In this document: positions 36,501 to 47,377 of the stretch, one piece after another
Layout: every line of letters begins with the position of its first letter
How positions within the stretch are numbered: the stretch's first letter is position 1
Source: Phaeosaccion multiseriatum
Taxonomy: Eukaryota; Protista; Ochrophyta, other classes
DNA: 64,000 bases
Direction: 5' to 3'
Assembly (NCBI GenBank): GCA_965112735.1
Contig: OZ218950.1
Location: forward strand, 5,642,001-5,706,000
The notes under the pieces: model-generated
Seen by the model: the letters and a program-made list of their open reading frames with translations, nothing else
Told to the model about the DNA's origin: nothing
Database searches by the model: none
Translations under genes and position numbers: made by a program

Positions 36501-38268
36501 AGGGAGGGAGGGAGGGAGGGAGGGAGGGGGAGAAAGCAAGCAAAAGGAACAATCAATCAAGGGGCTTGAGGCAGCACAAGCTTGGTGTCCGACGCGGGAC
36601 TGACTTGCACAATCACGCACACACGCACGCACATACTCACTTCACGCAATCACTCACACAGTCACGCACCCGCGTACTCACTCACATGATTCACAGACTC
36701 ACTCACTCACTCACTCACTCATGCCCTCACTCACTCATGCGCGCACGCACTCACTCACTCACTCACTCACTCACTCACTCACTCACTCACTCACTCACTC
36801 ACTCACTCACTCACTCACTCACTCACTCACTCACTCACTCACTCACTCACTCACTCACTCACTCACTCACTCACTCACTCACTCACTCACTCACGCACTC
36901 ACTCACGCGCACACTCACTCACGCACTCACGCACCACAAGGTCTCTAACTCCGACGCCAAACTCCGTGCAGGCGGCGTTGACGGATTGGAATACGGGAGA
37001 GGCGGAGTCGAAGCTGTGAGTGCTGACCATCATGAGACTGCTGCTGTACAGGTCCTGATAGGGAAGGAAGGGGGTGAGTGAGAGAGTGAGTGAGTGATGG
37101 ATTGATGCCCATGCGGTGGAGCATGGGTATGATATCGACTTTCTTGCCAATGGTCCGAGACTTGTGAGAGGTGTGTGATGGAACGGAAGAGTGCCTGTCA
37201 TCGCCTGTCTATACCACTGCCGCCTGTGGTGCCGCTGCACTCAATGCCACTGTCACCAGCGTCCGGCGTATTCCGCTCTCACGCGGCCTTGGTGGTCGGG
37301 AGAGTCCCTTGACTTCACTCCGTTCCTCTTCATTGCCTGGTGAGAGTGGGTCCCTCACTGTTGTACATCCCTCTCCTTTCCCTGGTCGGGTGGGTGTAAC
37401 GTACCTCTTGCCGCTGCATCAGCTCCCTTGGGAGGCCTCTCGTGGTGAACTCCAGCTGAGCCAGTACGGCCGCAAGCTGGGGTCCCAACACCAGAAGGAA
37501 GCCGGTGACTGCCACCCCTGCTACCGAGCGGCATAGCTCTAGCACAAGACTGGCCGTCCACATCCCCGGTGCACAGCCGTGGTTGGCATGACAGAGCCCT
37601 CCGATGAACGCGAAGCATGCGCAACAGACTGCAATGATGAATGCAATGCAATATGATGATGTAACGCAAGCCCAAGGATGACCGAACGAGGGCGGGGGGC
37701 GAGGGGTTAGGCGAGGAGCGAGCTGCACCGATGTACTGCGTGCGCTCATCGGAGATGGCCTTGTCATTCGCCCTTCCCTCCTTGAGCTAATCTACGCCTG
37801 TACTACTCGCTACGGCGACAGCAAATGCGAGGCCCACCCACCCACGCACCCACCCTCCCCTTCGCCTCCTCTCCGCCTTTCTCTCTGCACTTCTTTCAGC
37901 ACGCTTTCCTCCCGTCCCAGCATTGCACACGTCGACGTCACTCACAGAAGAAGAGGGCGATGAGCGCACCAAAAGTAAAGAGCTTGAGCTCGATGTGCTT
38001 GGGTCGGGAGCTCAACGACTGCACCAGAGTGGCGAATCCCACAGACGTCCTTCGCATCGGCTCCACAAACTGGGCAAGGATTGATACCCAACGTAAGAGA
38101 GAAGGGGAGAGGAGGGTCCGTCATGTTTGCAAAGCAAGCAAAAGGATATATTCAACTCACCGTCACGTAGAAGATTGCCGGCATGACCCAGAAGATGATC
38201 GCTATAAGGCAGTGGGACAGTGAAAGCAATGGGTCCAGCCCAGAAACGCTCCTCTCTTCGTCAACCAT
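30374..38268 (-). CDS. Hybrid sensor histidine kinase: ethylene-binding-domain-like 3TM - PAS - HisKA - HATPase - receiver (10 exons: 38268-38161, 38069-37970, 37628-37405, 37054-36935, 36458-36097, 35702-35250, 34830-34680, 34191-33098, 32331-32013, 31498-30374)
   Basis: H-box IAHDLKT|PL; N-box AINLCTNACKYT; G1 DTGIG|V; F LFKAFSQ; G2 GTGLGL; receiver ILVIDDT|R...IVLCDLHMPVLDG...GMSAN...FAGKP; PAS GKSFFDIVHKDD...VEFRL...IVTRDVT. All junctions are GT-AG and phase-compatible. Confidence 0.9.
30812..31213. repeat. ~400 bp pure (TCC/GGA)n trinucleotide tract in the last kinase exon
   Basis: Uninterrupted tcc repeats, read as ~130 Gly on the minus strand. Confidence 0.9.
32734..33003. repeat. (CCACTGCCAT)n 10-bp repeat with variants, intronic
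   Basis: Tandem ccactgccat / ccactggcct / ccactgcccctcct units. Confidence 0.9.
35855..36089. repeat. (GAG)n tract, intronic
   Basis: About 78 gag units in kinase intron 5. Confidence 0.95.
36698..36931. repeat. (CTCA)n tract, read as (GAGT)n on the transcribed strand
   Basis: Tandem actc units next to the donor of kinase intron 4. Confidence 0.95.
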
Positions 38269-38670
38269 TCTTTTTCTTAGAAGCCTCCTGTCCGCTCGAT
38301 CCCCGCTCAGTGCTTCCCTACACCTCTACGCCCCACTCTAATTGCATGACTTTCTGCGTACCAAGGTCATTGCCGGGCACGGAAGGGGGGTTATTTGCAA
38401 ATCGAAAGTCAGAGAGAAAGGGAAAGAAAGAGGGGAAGGGGGAAGGAAAGGAAGATGCAGAAGATGACAGTTACAACGACTAGCTTCAAGTGGTTGGATT
38501 GTTAAAGACCACTGTTACTTTTATCCTCCCCTCCCCTTTTCTATTCGCCTCTCCTTTCTCTGAGTGAGCTAGCACGTTATCACACATTAGCACGTATTAC
38601 ACCACTTGGGTCCTACTCAAAGTTTCTGACCTCACTCTCTGCACGATAGAAAAGTCGTTTGTCAGAAAGG

Positions 38671-39896
38671 ATGAGGCGGCATGTAGGGGGTTGGTGCCAA
38701 AGAGCGAGGCAGCTCTCCGCCCTGCAAGCAGCGCCGCCCACCTTGTCCGCAGCGGCACATTTCTCAGCAGGGAGGTCTGAAGGAAGGGCGGCGGAGGTGT
38801 CTACAGCAGCAGCAGCAGCAGCAGCAGCAGCCAGGGCAGGAGCAGGGGCAGGAGTTGAGGTCGGACGTCGGAGAAGGGGATGGGGTGTCGGCAGCAGCAG
38901 CAGCGAAGGGGGGGCGGGTTGGCGAAGCCCGTGGGGACTAGTGGGGGGGAAGAGGTCGTTCTTCATCCAGACGTCCACCACGCCAAATCCTACGAGTCTC
39001 AAGTTCCACCCTGTGAGTGCTTCGCTTTCTTCCCGCTCCGCCATCCTGTTACTCGAGCAATCTGCGGCTGGGTCAGGAATGGGTGGTAGAATCAGGAGGG
39101 GGTGGGGTACCAATGTCCACTCTCTCGATATGGACGTGCGGATATGGCAAAGGCTTGATTGTTCGGGTGGTACATCGCATGTGTGCACGGCTTCTTCCCG
39201 TGACATCCCTACTCAGACCATCATCTTCTCACCTTCTCTCCTTCACCCCCACTCCCCCCTTCTCATGGCCTCCAACAGGGTAGAGAAGTTCTCCCGGAAT
39301 CCCACGGCACAGGAATGTTCTTCGTGAAGGGAGACAAGGACGCCAGCCAGTCACCCTTGGCGCACAAGCTGCTCGCCACGGAGGGCGTCCAGGGGGTCTT
39401 CCTCGGGAGAGAGTTCATCACTGTGACCAAGCAAGAGGGAGAGGATTGGGCCCTACTCAAACCCGGACTGTTTGGCGTCATCATGGACTTCTATGCCGAG
39501 GGTAAGCCGGTCGTACTCAACGAACCGGTCGTGTCCGACACTACTATCCTTGATGATGATGATGAAGTGGTGGCTATGATCAAGGAGCTGCTGGAGGAGC
39601 GCATCAGGCCCGCCGTGCAGGTGAGTGGGTAGTGGGTGGATGGGTGGGTGGGTGGTGGTGGGTAGTGGGTAGTGGGTGGGTGGGTGAGGGGATGGGTGGG
39701 TGGGTGGTGGTGGGTAGTGGGTAGTGGGTGGGTGGGTGAGGGGATGGGTGGGTGGGTGGTGGTGGGTAGTGGGTAGTGGGTGGGTGGGTGAGGGGATAGG
39801 TGGGTAGGTGAGGGGATGGGTGGGTGGGCATGTGCGTGACGGATGGATGAAAGGGAGGAATCGACGAAGGAACGTGTGTGTAGTTATGTGTGTGTG

Positions 39897-39935
<39 letters not shown>

Positions 39936-40997
39936 GTGTCTGTCTGCCTGCCTGTCTGTCTGTCTACCGCCTGGCCTCGCCTCCTGGCTGCTCTCCGAAA
40001 CACGATGCAGCGATGCGTGTATTGTTGTTGGGTTGAGCACAAAACGCACCGAAACCCTGTCCCTTCCCTTCCCTTCCCTTCCCTTCGCGACTTGTCCTTG
40101 CCGAAGCCATCAACCTCCTTACACATTCCTCGCTCACAAAACGCACCGAAACCCTTTCCCTTCCCTTCCCTTCCCTTCCCTTCCCTTCGCGACTTGTCCT
40201 TGCCGAAGCCATCAACCTCCTTACACATTCCTCGCTCACTCACTCATTCCTCCTTTCACTATTGTGTACACCATGCATGACCACCCATGGCCCGGTCTTC
40301 TCTTTCATCTCCCCATCCGCCGGCGCCACCCCCCTCACCCCCCCCCTCCTCCAGGAGGACGGCGGAGACTTGTTCTACAAGGGCTTTTCTCATGACACGG
40401 GTATTGTCAAGCTGCAAATGGCAGGGTCGTGTGTGGGCTGTCCGTCAAGCGGGGCCACGCTGAAGCACGGCGTGGAGAACATGCTCATGCACTATGTACC
40501 GGAGGTGAGGGGAGCGAGAGGAGAGGAGAGGGGAGAGGAGGGGAGGGGAGGGGAGGGGAGGAGAAGAGAGGAAGGAGGGGAGGGGAGGGGAGGAGAAGAG
40601 AGGGGAGGAGGGGAGGGGAGGGGAGGGGAGGAGAGGAGAGGAGAGGGGGGGGGGAGGGGACAGAGAGGAGAGTGGAGGGGAGAGGAGGGGAAGAGGGGAG
40701 AGAAGAGGGGAGGGGAGGAGAGGAGAGGAGGGGAGAGACAGAGGGGAGAGGCGAGAGAGGGAGGAGAAAAGGGGGGAGAGACGACAGAAACGAGTGGTGG
40801 GGGCGATGTGCACGCACAACAAGAGCTCACTCCCTGACTTCCTCACCTCTGCCCCTGTCTGCCCATATGCCTCTGTCTGCGTGCAGGTGACCGGGGTGGA
40901 GGAGGTTGTGGATGATCAGCTCATTGACCTCAACAAGAAAGAGGCCGACGCCCTCGAGGAGAAGCTACGCAAGGCAGGCATTCCCCACTCCGACTGA
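38671..40997 (+). CDS. NFU1: Mitochondrial-type NFU1 Fe-S cluster carrier (exons 38671-39012, 39279-39620, 40355-40504, 40887-40997)
   Basis: [17 protein letters not shown]|G; [25 protein letters not shown]; [22 protein letters not shown]|EDGGD; [29 protein letters not shown]|V (CxxC). Arg/Ala-rich presequence. Confidence 0.95.
40038..40238. repeat. ~100-bp tandem duplication in NFU1 intron 2
   Basis: cacaaaacgcaccgaaaccct..(cccttc)n..gcgacttgtccttgccgaagccatcaacctccttacacattcctcgct occurs twice. Confidence 0.9.
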
Positions 40998-42277
40998 CCG
41001 ACTGACCGAGTGACTGACTGACTGACTGACTGACTGACTGACTGACTGACTGACCGAGTGACTGACTGACTGAGGCTTGAGCCTCGTGACGAGACGACGG
41101 ATTGGCTGACTGGGAAGGCGAACGTGCGGGACCGGGGCGTGGACTGACTGCTTAACTGCGGCTTGAGACGAAATGACTTAAGTGAGTGAGTACATGACTG
41201 GCTACCTCAGACTTTTGAAGAAACGACTTGACAGACTGACCGGGGTTGTCATAAGCTTATGACGACGACAAGCTTGCCGGTGCCTGTCTTCGGTGAGGTG
41301 GAGATGGGAAGAAAAGAGAGGGAGAGAGATATTTCGGAAGACAGATTTTCACAAGACTTCTATTCACACACACACACACAGACAGAGAGAGAGAGAGAGA
41401 CGAGCTTCGACTACCAGTTGGGTTGGTGATATGCACACAGATGGGAGCTGCTGCCCACTACCGCTGTTGGAAGGTAGGAACCTCCAAGCTTCCGCTATGA
41501 CATCACAAGAGGCAGAAGCAGCGTCCGCAGCAGCAACAGAAGCAGAGGAAGGAGGGGGTGATATGTAAATCGTTAACAACGTTTGTCGTAGCACATAACG
41601 AAGAGTATTGGGTACCGTATTGGGTACCGGGCGGAAATACATTCATTCGTTTATAAGCCCCAAAAATTCCGCAGCGACCACAGTGAGGGAGGCTAGAGGA
41701 GCCTGCAATCAAAAGGTTCCCTGCATCAATTTACCATTGCAGTTTACCTTTCGCCGCCCCCGTCTCATCTGCCCCCCATCTTGCTTTTGCGTTGCTCCAC
41801 AATGCTGCCGTGCCGAGCACACCCCTCACCACATGGCCATCCGCTTCGGGGCCTCCTCTAAAGTCAAATCCTTCCTTTTGACCACCGTCCGTCGGCAATT
41901 TCTCAACTCGGTGGCTCCTTCTCCTCCACCAGCACCACCACCACCTCCTCCTCCTCCTCGACTGCTGTGACAAGCTCCGTACCCTCTCGCGCTGCAGCTG
42001 TATCACCAACTGCTCCCGGTCCCGTCGCTGCTGTGTGGGTGCCTGCCTCCCTCGCTCGTCCACAGCCGCACTCCATGAAACCACGGAAGGCCTCATCCCC
42101 CCGCTCCGCTCCCACGTGAGTGTGCCGTGCCCCCCCCCCCTCGAAAGAGCAGAGCCGTTCCTTCCTTCCTTCCTTCCTTCCTTCCCAAACACGTGTAGTC
42201 TAAGATGACAACTCGACAACCCGACAACTCGACAACCCCTCTCCACGTCAAAACTCTCTCGAGCAATACCCAAAACC

Positions 42278-42790
42278 TCAGATCTTCTTTTGCTTGAGCA
42301 CTCGGTAGAGCAGCGTGTCGATAACGCTCATAACTGTATAAGTGCCCCCAACAATGGCCATGACGCTGGTGATAAAGTCATACCACTTCCTCGACCTCCG
42401 CTTGACGTGTACGCACATGGGCGATAAATCGTAACTGAACTTTGCCTCTGGCACTGCCCCGGGCTCGTAGGGCATGGTCTGGCTCGCCATGATCATTTGA
42501 TAATGCAACAGCTCCTTGTCCCCTCGGAAGCTCCATTCCTTGCCCATAAAGGTGCTCACAACCTTAATGTAGTGGTGAGGGGCACTGTGCAGCTCCGTTG
42601 TCCCAAACGCCTCGCCCTGCACGCCCCCCCCCCAAACGGTCCATCAAAATGGTCCGTCCAATAGTCCGTCCAATAGTCCGTCCAGAGAGTTCCGTGCGTT
42701 ATACAATGCAAAGACAAGGCAGAGATAGAAAGAGAGAGAGAGAGAGAGACAGAAAGAGAGAGAGAGACAAGAGAGAGAGGGAGAGAGAGA

Positions 42791-42841
<51 letters not shown>

Positions 42842-45800
42842 GCAGGCCGTGGGTTATGCCGTGAGCGTTGTGGCGTATCGACCCACACTGGCGCTATCAA
42901 CACATGAGTACACAATGGGTGGTGGGTGCTCTTCTCTTCTCTTCTGTGTCCCTCCTCTCCTCCTCCTCCTCCTCCTCCTCCTCATCCTCGCCCCACCCTC
43001 CTCCTCCTCCTCCTCCTCCTCCTCCTCCTCCTCCTCCTCCTCGCTCTCCTCCTCCTCCTCCTCCTCCTCGCTCTCCTCCTCCTCCTCCTCCTCGCCCTAC
43101 CTGTATTTGGGTGAGTCCCTCAAGCTCCGCCCCCGAATATCCGATGGCGAGGCGATTCCTGGAGGGGTACTGCGCACCGAAGCTCAGCGTGTTGATCTGC
43201 AGCACAACACCAACAAGGGGGGGGGAGGAGAGAGAGAGGCAAATGTTCGCGGGTATGGCATCGCAAGCGTACCATTAGAAAAAGAGCTGCTTGCATAGAG
43301 GCGGCAGACGGGGTGAAGGCAGTGAGGCGCTGTGTACGTGTGAGGACCACAAGCGCTTACCGCGTGGGAGACGTTGGTCATCGCCCCATTGATGTTGTGG
43401 TGCTTGGAGGCGGCCTGGTATCAGGACGAACAAACGAATGACAAGACGAGGTGTCAGGACAAAAAAAGAACAAAAAAGAGATGACGAGGTGTCAGGCCAA
43501 CAAAAGAGTTGGGGGAAATGGAGGAAAGAGGAGGAGATGGGGCGGCCGGCAGGGAAGGAGGCGGCTGGACTTGGAGGGGAGTGAGGTGTGCCGTCGCATA
43601 GAAGTGAAAAAAGGGAAAGGCAAAAGTTTGATGTCGACAATATATCGACGTCGATACCGTACCTCGATATGAAAGTTTCCGGGTACCCTGTTTACTGATA
43701 TGAAGCCGCTCAACTGACATCCAGGATGGTCCTATGGGGCATGTGGAATAGTCAGACAAGGCAACAAAGCGAGCGATCCAAGCGAAGCGAGACAACGTAA
43801 GGAAGCGAGCGAGGCAAGGCACGTTAGGAAGCGAGCGAGGCCAGAGACGGAAGAAAGTGAGCGACAAGGCAGGGGAACGGGTCAGAATAGCACCTCTGAG
43901 CGGAGGATATGTGCGAATAGACAGACAGACAGACAGACAGACAGACCGACAGACAGACAGACAGACAGACAGAGATGGAGACAGATGCGTATCAGAGCCG
44001 AGTCAACAGAAAAGGTCTGAGGGTCCAGTCAGTACGAGTGCGCTTCCGTCTTCTCCACAAGATCCTCCTCCTCCCCACCACATCCAAGACAGGGAACGAA
44101 CGAACGAACAAAGAAACACACAGTAGGAGCTCAGTCAACTCACTCACCTTGGAGTTAGGCTTGACGAACTTCCTTAGCACTTGCTCGTCCCCCCCCATGA
44201 GCGCTGTGCTGTACTCCATCAGCGGCTCCAGAGAGCGGTCCCGCTTGTAGTCCGTCGTTTCGGGCATTTCCCAGTTGAAGAAGCGGATGGTGGGGAAGGC
44301 GTGGATCTTCTGGCTGAGGGAGGGCAAAGGGGGCGTAGGGGTGTGAGTGCGTGCGTGCGTGTGTGCGTTTGTTCGTTCGTGTCCCAAGCCCCAACCATAC
44401 GGTCAAGGATGCGATCAGTCACGGCACGGTCACTGCCCTCCCTTTCTTTGTTTCGCTTCTCTTCTTACGTTTGGCAAATCTCTCTATTTGTAGTGCAGTC
44501 CACTTTGGCCACCCGCAGCCGAGGGGTCTTCAGCAGCGCCTCCTGAGAGAGAAGAGAGGGGAGGGGACGGGAGGTGAGGGGAGATGAGGGGAAGGGAGGC
44601 AGGACAACCCAAGAGCGTGTCAGAACGACCAGAGGGTCAGGTACAGGTACAGGACCAAAGGACCGAAGGAGGGTGGGTGGCAGGCACGCTTCTTCTCCGT
44701 GCTGCAGCAGAGCCCCCCCCCCCCCCCCCTCGCGCGCTTTCGGGCATCACTCAGGGGTCCCCAATGGTATGTTGGGCATCAATCAGATCAGATCCGTTCT
44801 GCTTGTTGTACCAGTCTCCAGCTCCAGCCTCGCAAGAAAACGATTCATTCCGCAAGTGACGGTGGAATGACTACACTACACGCACCTCCGCAAACGCCTC
44901 CCATGTGGGTGCCAGCTTTTGACACCAAATGCACCAAGGAGCGTAAAAGTCCACCATGGTGTATTCGCTGCTCTTGAGGAAGGCGGCGAAGTTGGTCTCG
45001 TCGAGCGGCAGGGCGTGCTCACCATCTTGGTGTGCCAACTGAGAGTGGGGTGGGGTAGCAAGTGGATTAGAGGACACGAAGGAGAGGAAGGAGAGGACAA
45101 CGAAGGCGGGAGGGAGGGAGGGAGAAGTTCACGTTAACGTCTCTTTCTCGTCTTGTTTTCAGTCTCCAGATAGTAGAGCAGTCTCTTTGTTCCATGGGGT
45201 TACAGAACACAGTTCCTGGGGTTACAGAACACAGTTCCTTGCTCGATTCAGAGCGCAGCTAGCGGGAGAGAGAGGGGGGGAGGGAGGGAGGGAGGGAGGG
45301 AGGGAGGGAGGGAGGGAGGGAGAGAAAGAGATTCAGAGACACTGGGAGGCAAGACACGATTCCTTACGTCGAGGTCCCTGTGGTGTGTGTCGTGCGCGAC
45401 ATCCTCTTGTTCTCTGTTCCTCCCGTGGAACTCGAGCCTGTTGCCGAGGTTGTCTGTGTGCCACTTGACAATGTTCTTGGTAACATTGACTCGGTTGGTG
45501 CCCAGCACATCCAGCACGTCGACAGTTGCCCACTCGCATGGCAGCTGTGCAGCACAGTGCACACACAGCAGTGCAGCAACAAAACAAGCGGCGACCGCGG
45601 AACACAGCGGAAGGCGAACGGTGCATGGAGTATGGTATGGACGGGGCAAAAAGAAGGGAGGGAGGGGGGAGGGGTGAGGGGTGAGGACGGGCTGGGGGCG
45701 GGGGCGAGGAGAGGGCGGACCCAGGGGGCGGAGGGGTGCAGGGAGGAAGACCTCAGACAGTCATTCCCACCGAAAGGAGGCGCAGGAATGGAGGGGGCGG

Positions 45801-46645
45801 GGGGGGGGAGGAGGAGGGGCTAAGGTAACGACCATACCTCGAGCATGGTAATGTTGAAGTTTATTCGGAGCTTGGTGTCCTTGTTGGAGTCCAGGCTTAC
45901 TGTGGTGTACGTCTGGAGGGAAGGGGGGAAGGAAAACAGCGTACGTATTAAATCCACTGATACTCTGACCCTTAGACAAGAGGGCTGTAAAGTAAAAGGG
46001 TTTCTAAGGGGAGGAGGCTTGGAGTGAGGGGTGGGGGGGGGGAGTGCGACGAGGCAAACGAGCGCGAGACGCCTCTAACAGCCCCCAACACACGAGCTTG
46101 CAAAGCACAGAGGGCGGGCCGGGCAAGTATAAGTATTCATCGTGAAAAGGGTAGGTCTATGAGACAAGCCAAGCCGAGCAAGAACCGAGGTACACAGGTT
46201 TGATACACTCCTGCCCGAGAGTAGGGCTTTTGTCTTTCGCCTGTCCGACTTGCTTACCTCTGGTGAAATGAAGGCAATAAACTCCATCACGAAGAGCAGC
46301 ACCATAAGGAAGCTGGTAGAGACCAAGAGAAGAAGGGAAGGGGGTGTGTGCCGTGGGGAGGCGGGGAGTGTTTCAACGACACAGAAGTGTGAGCAAGCGT
46401 TAAAGGGAGGAGGATTGGAGAGCCCACCTTCTCCTCTCCAAACCAAAACCCTGCCTTTCCTTCTCCTCGGAGAAAGCATTAATTAATTGAACCCGTGTGT
46501 CAGGGGAGAGAGAGAGAAGGGCACACGACAAACGCGGGGAGGTGAATACTCACAGCGTGCACGAACTCAGCAGTGCGCCTTGCAACGTTGTCTCAGTCAG
46601 ATCCAAAGGGATCTTCCTGTACATGTCGAAGCTCTTGAGCCCCAT
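42278..46645 (-). CDS. PDI-C type protein: ERGIC_N - thioredoxin (WCIWC) - Erv41/46 C-terminal domain, ~11 exons
   Basis: MGLKSFDMYRKIPLDLTETTLQGALLS; LRINFNITM; LPCEWATVDVLDVLGT; VDFYAPWCIWCQKLAPTWE; VAKVDC; AFPTIRFF; HPGCQLSGFISVNRVPGNFHIE; PHHYIKVVST; PEAKFSYDLSPM; FITSVMAIVGGTYTV. C-terminal KQKKI fits a KxKxx retrieval motif. Confidence 0.92.
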
Positions 46646-47377
46646 GATTGCCACCCGTGCGTCGGAGTGCCCTACGCCGCTGCTCTCCTCTACCTCTCTC
46701 TCCCGCAGCTGACAGGACCTCCACTCTCACGGAAGAACAAACTGAGGCCCCCCACCTCTCAGATGCACGCTCTTTTCCACCCAATAGAAGAGCACAAACA
46801 AAGCACAAGCTTCTCCAGGACCGAACGTCCTCCACAGAAGGAAGGAGGCACGCTGCTGAGCCTGCGGCGATCAAAGACAAAAAGGGAGTATCGAGAGAGA
46901 GCGAGATCGTACCCACGCGAGGGGCTACGCGCCCGGTTCGATTTTCCGAGTTGGCATTTTTTTTTTTTTTTTTTTTTTTTTTTGAGCCCTCCCGTTGGCT
47001 TCGACGCTATCGTGCTATTGCTGGCGTCCACCGCCGTGCTATCCCTGCTGGGGCGGAGGGGATTGAGCCATCGCGGCCGAGATCACTCAGGACGCCCCGT
47101 CACACTGATCAATCTGCAATCGGGGCGTCTTGCTGTGGTGGCACGGTGGCACGGACACACCAGCGTCAAGCCGGGTCAAGCTCTCAAGCTCTAGTGCTGG
47201 CTGACACGGCAAGAGGTCAAGAGGATTATCTCAGGCGATCATCAGGTTTCCTGGACGAACATACGCATTGGTTATCGATGGTTCCTTATCTCCCCCCCCC
47301 CTCCATCCCTTCCCCTCCACTCACTCGTCACTCGCCCTGCAGTTAACTACACAAGCTAACGAAGAAAAACATGAGTG

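Noticed and set aside
41293-42273. Short ORFs between NFU1 and the PDI-C gene
   Set aside because: No motifs or consistent splice structure; probably UTR or intergenic.
46957-46983. Poly-T(27) as a retroposon tail
   Set aside because: No target-site duplication or element body visible; homopolymers are common in this window.
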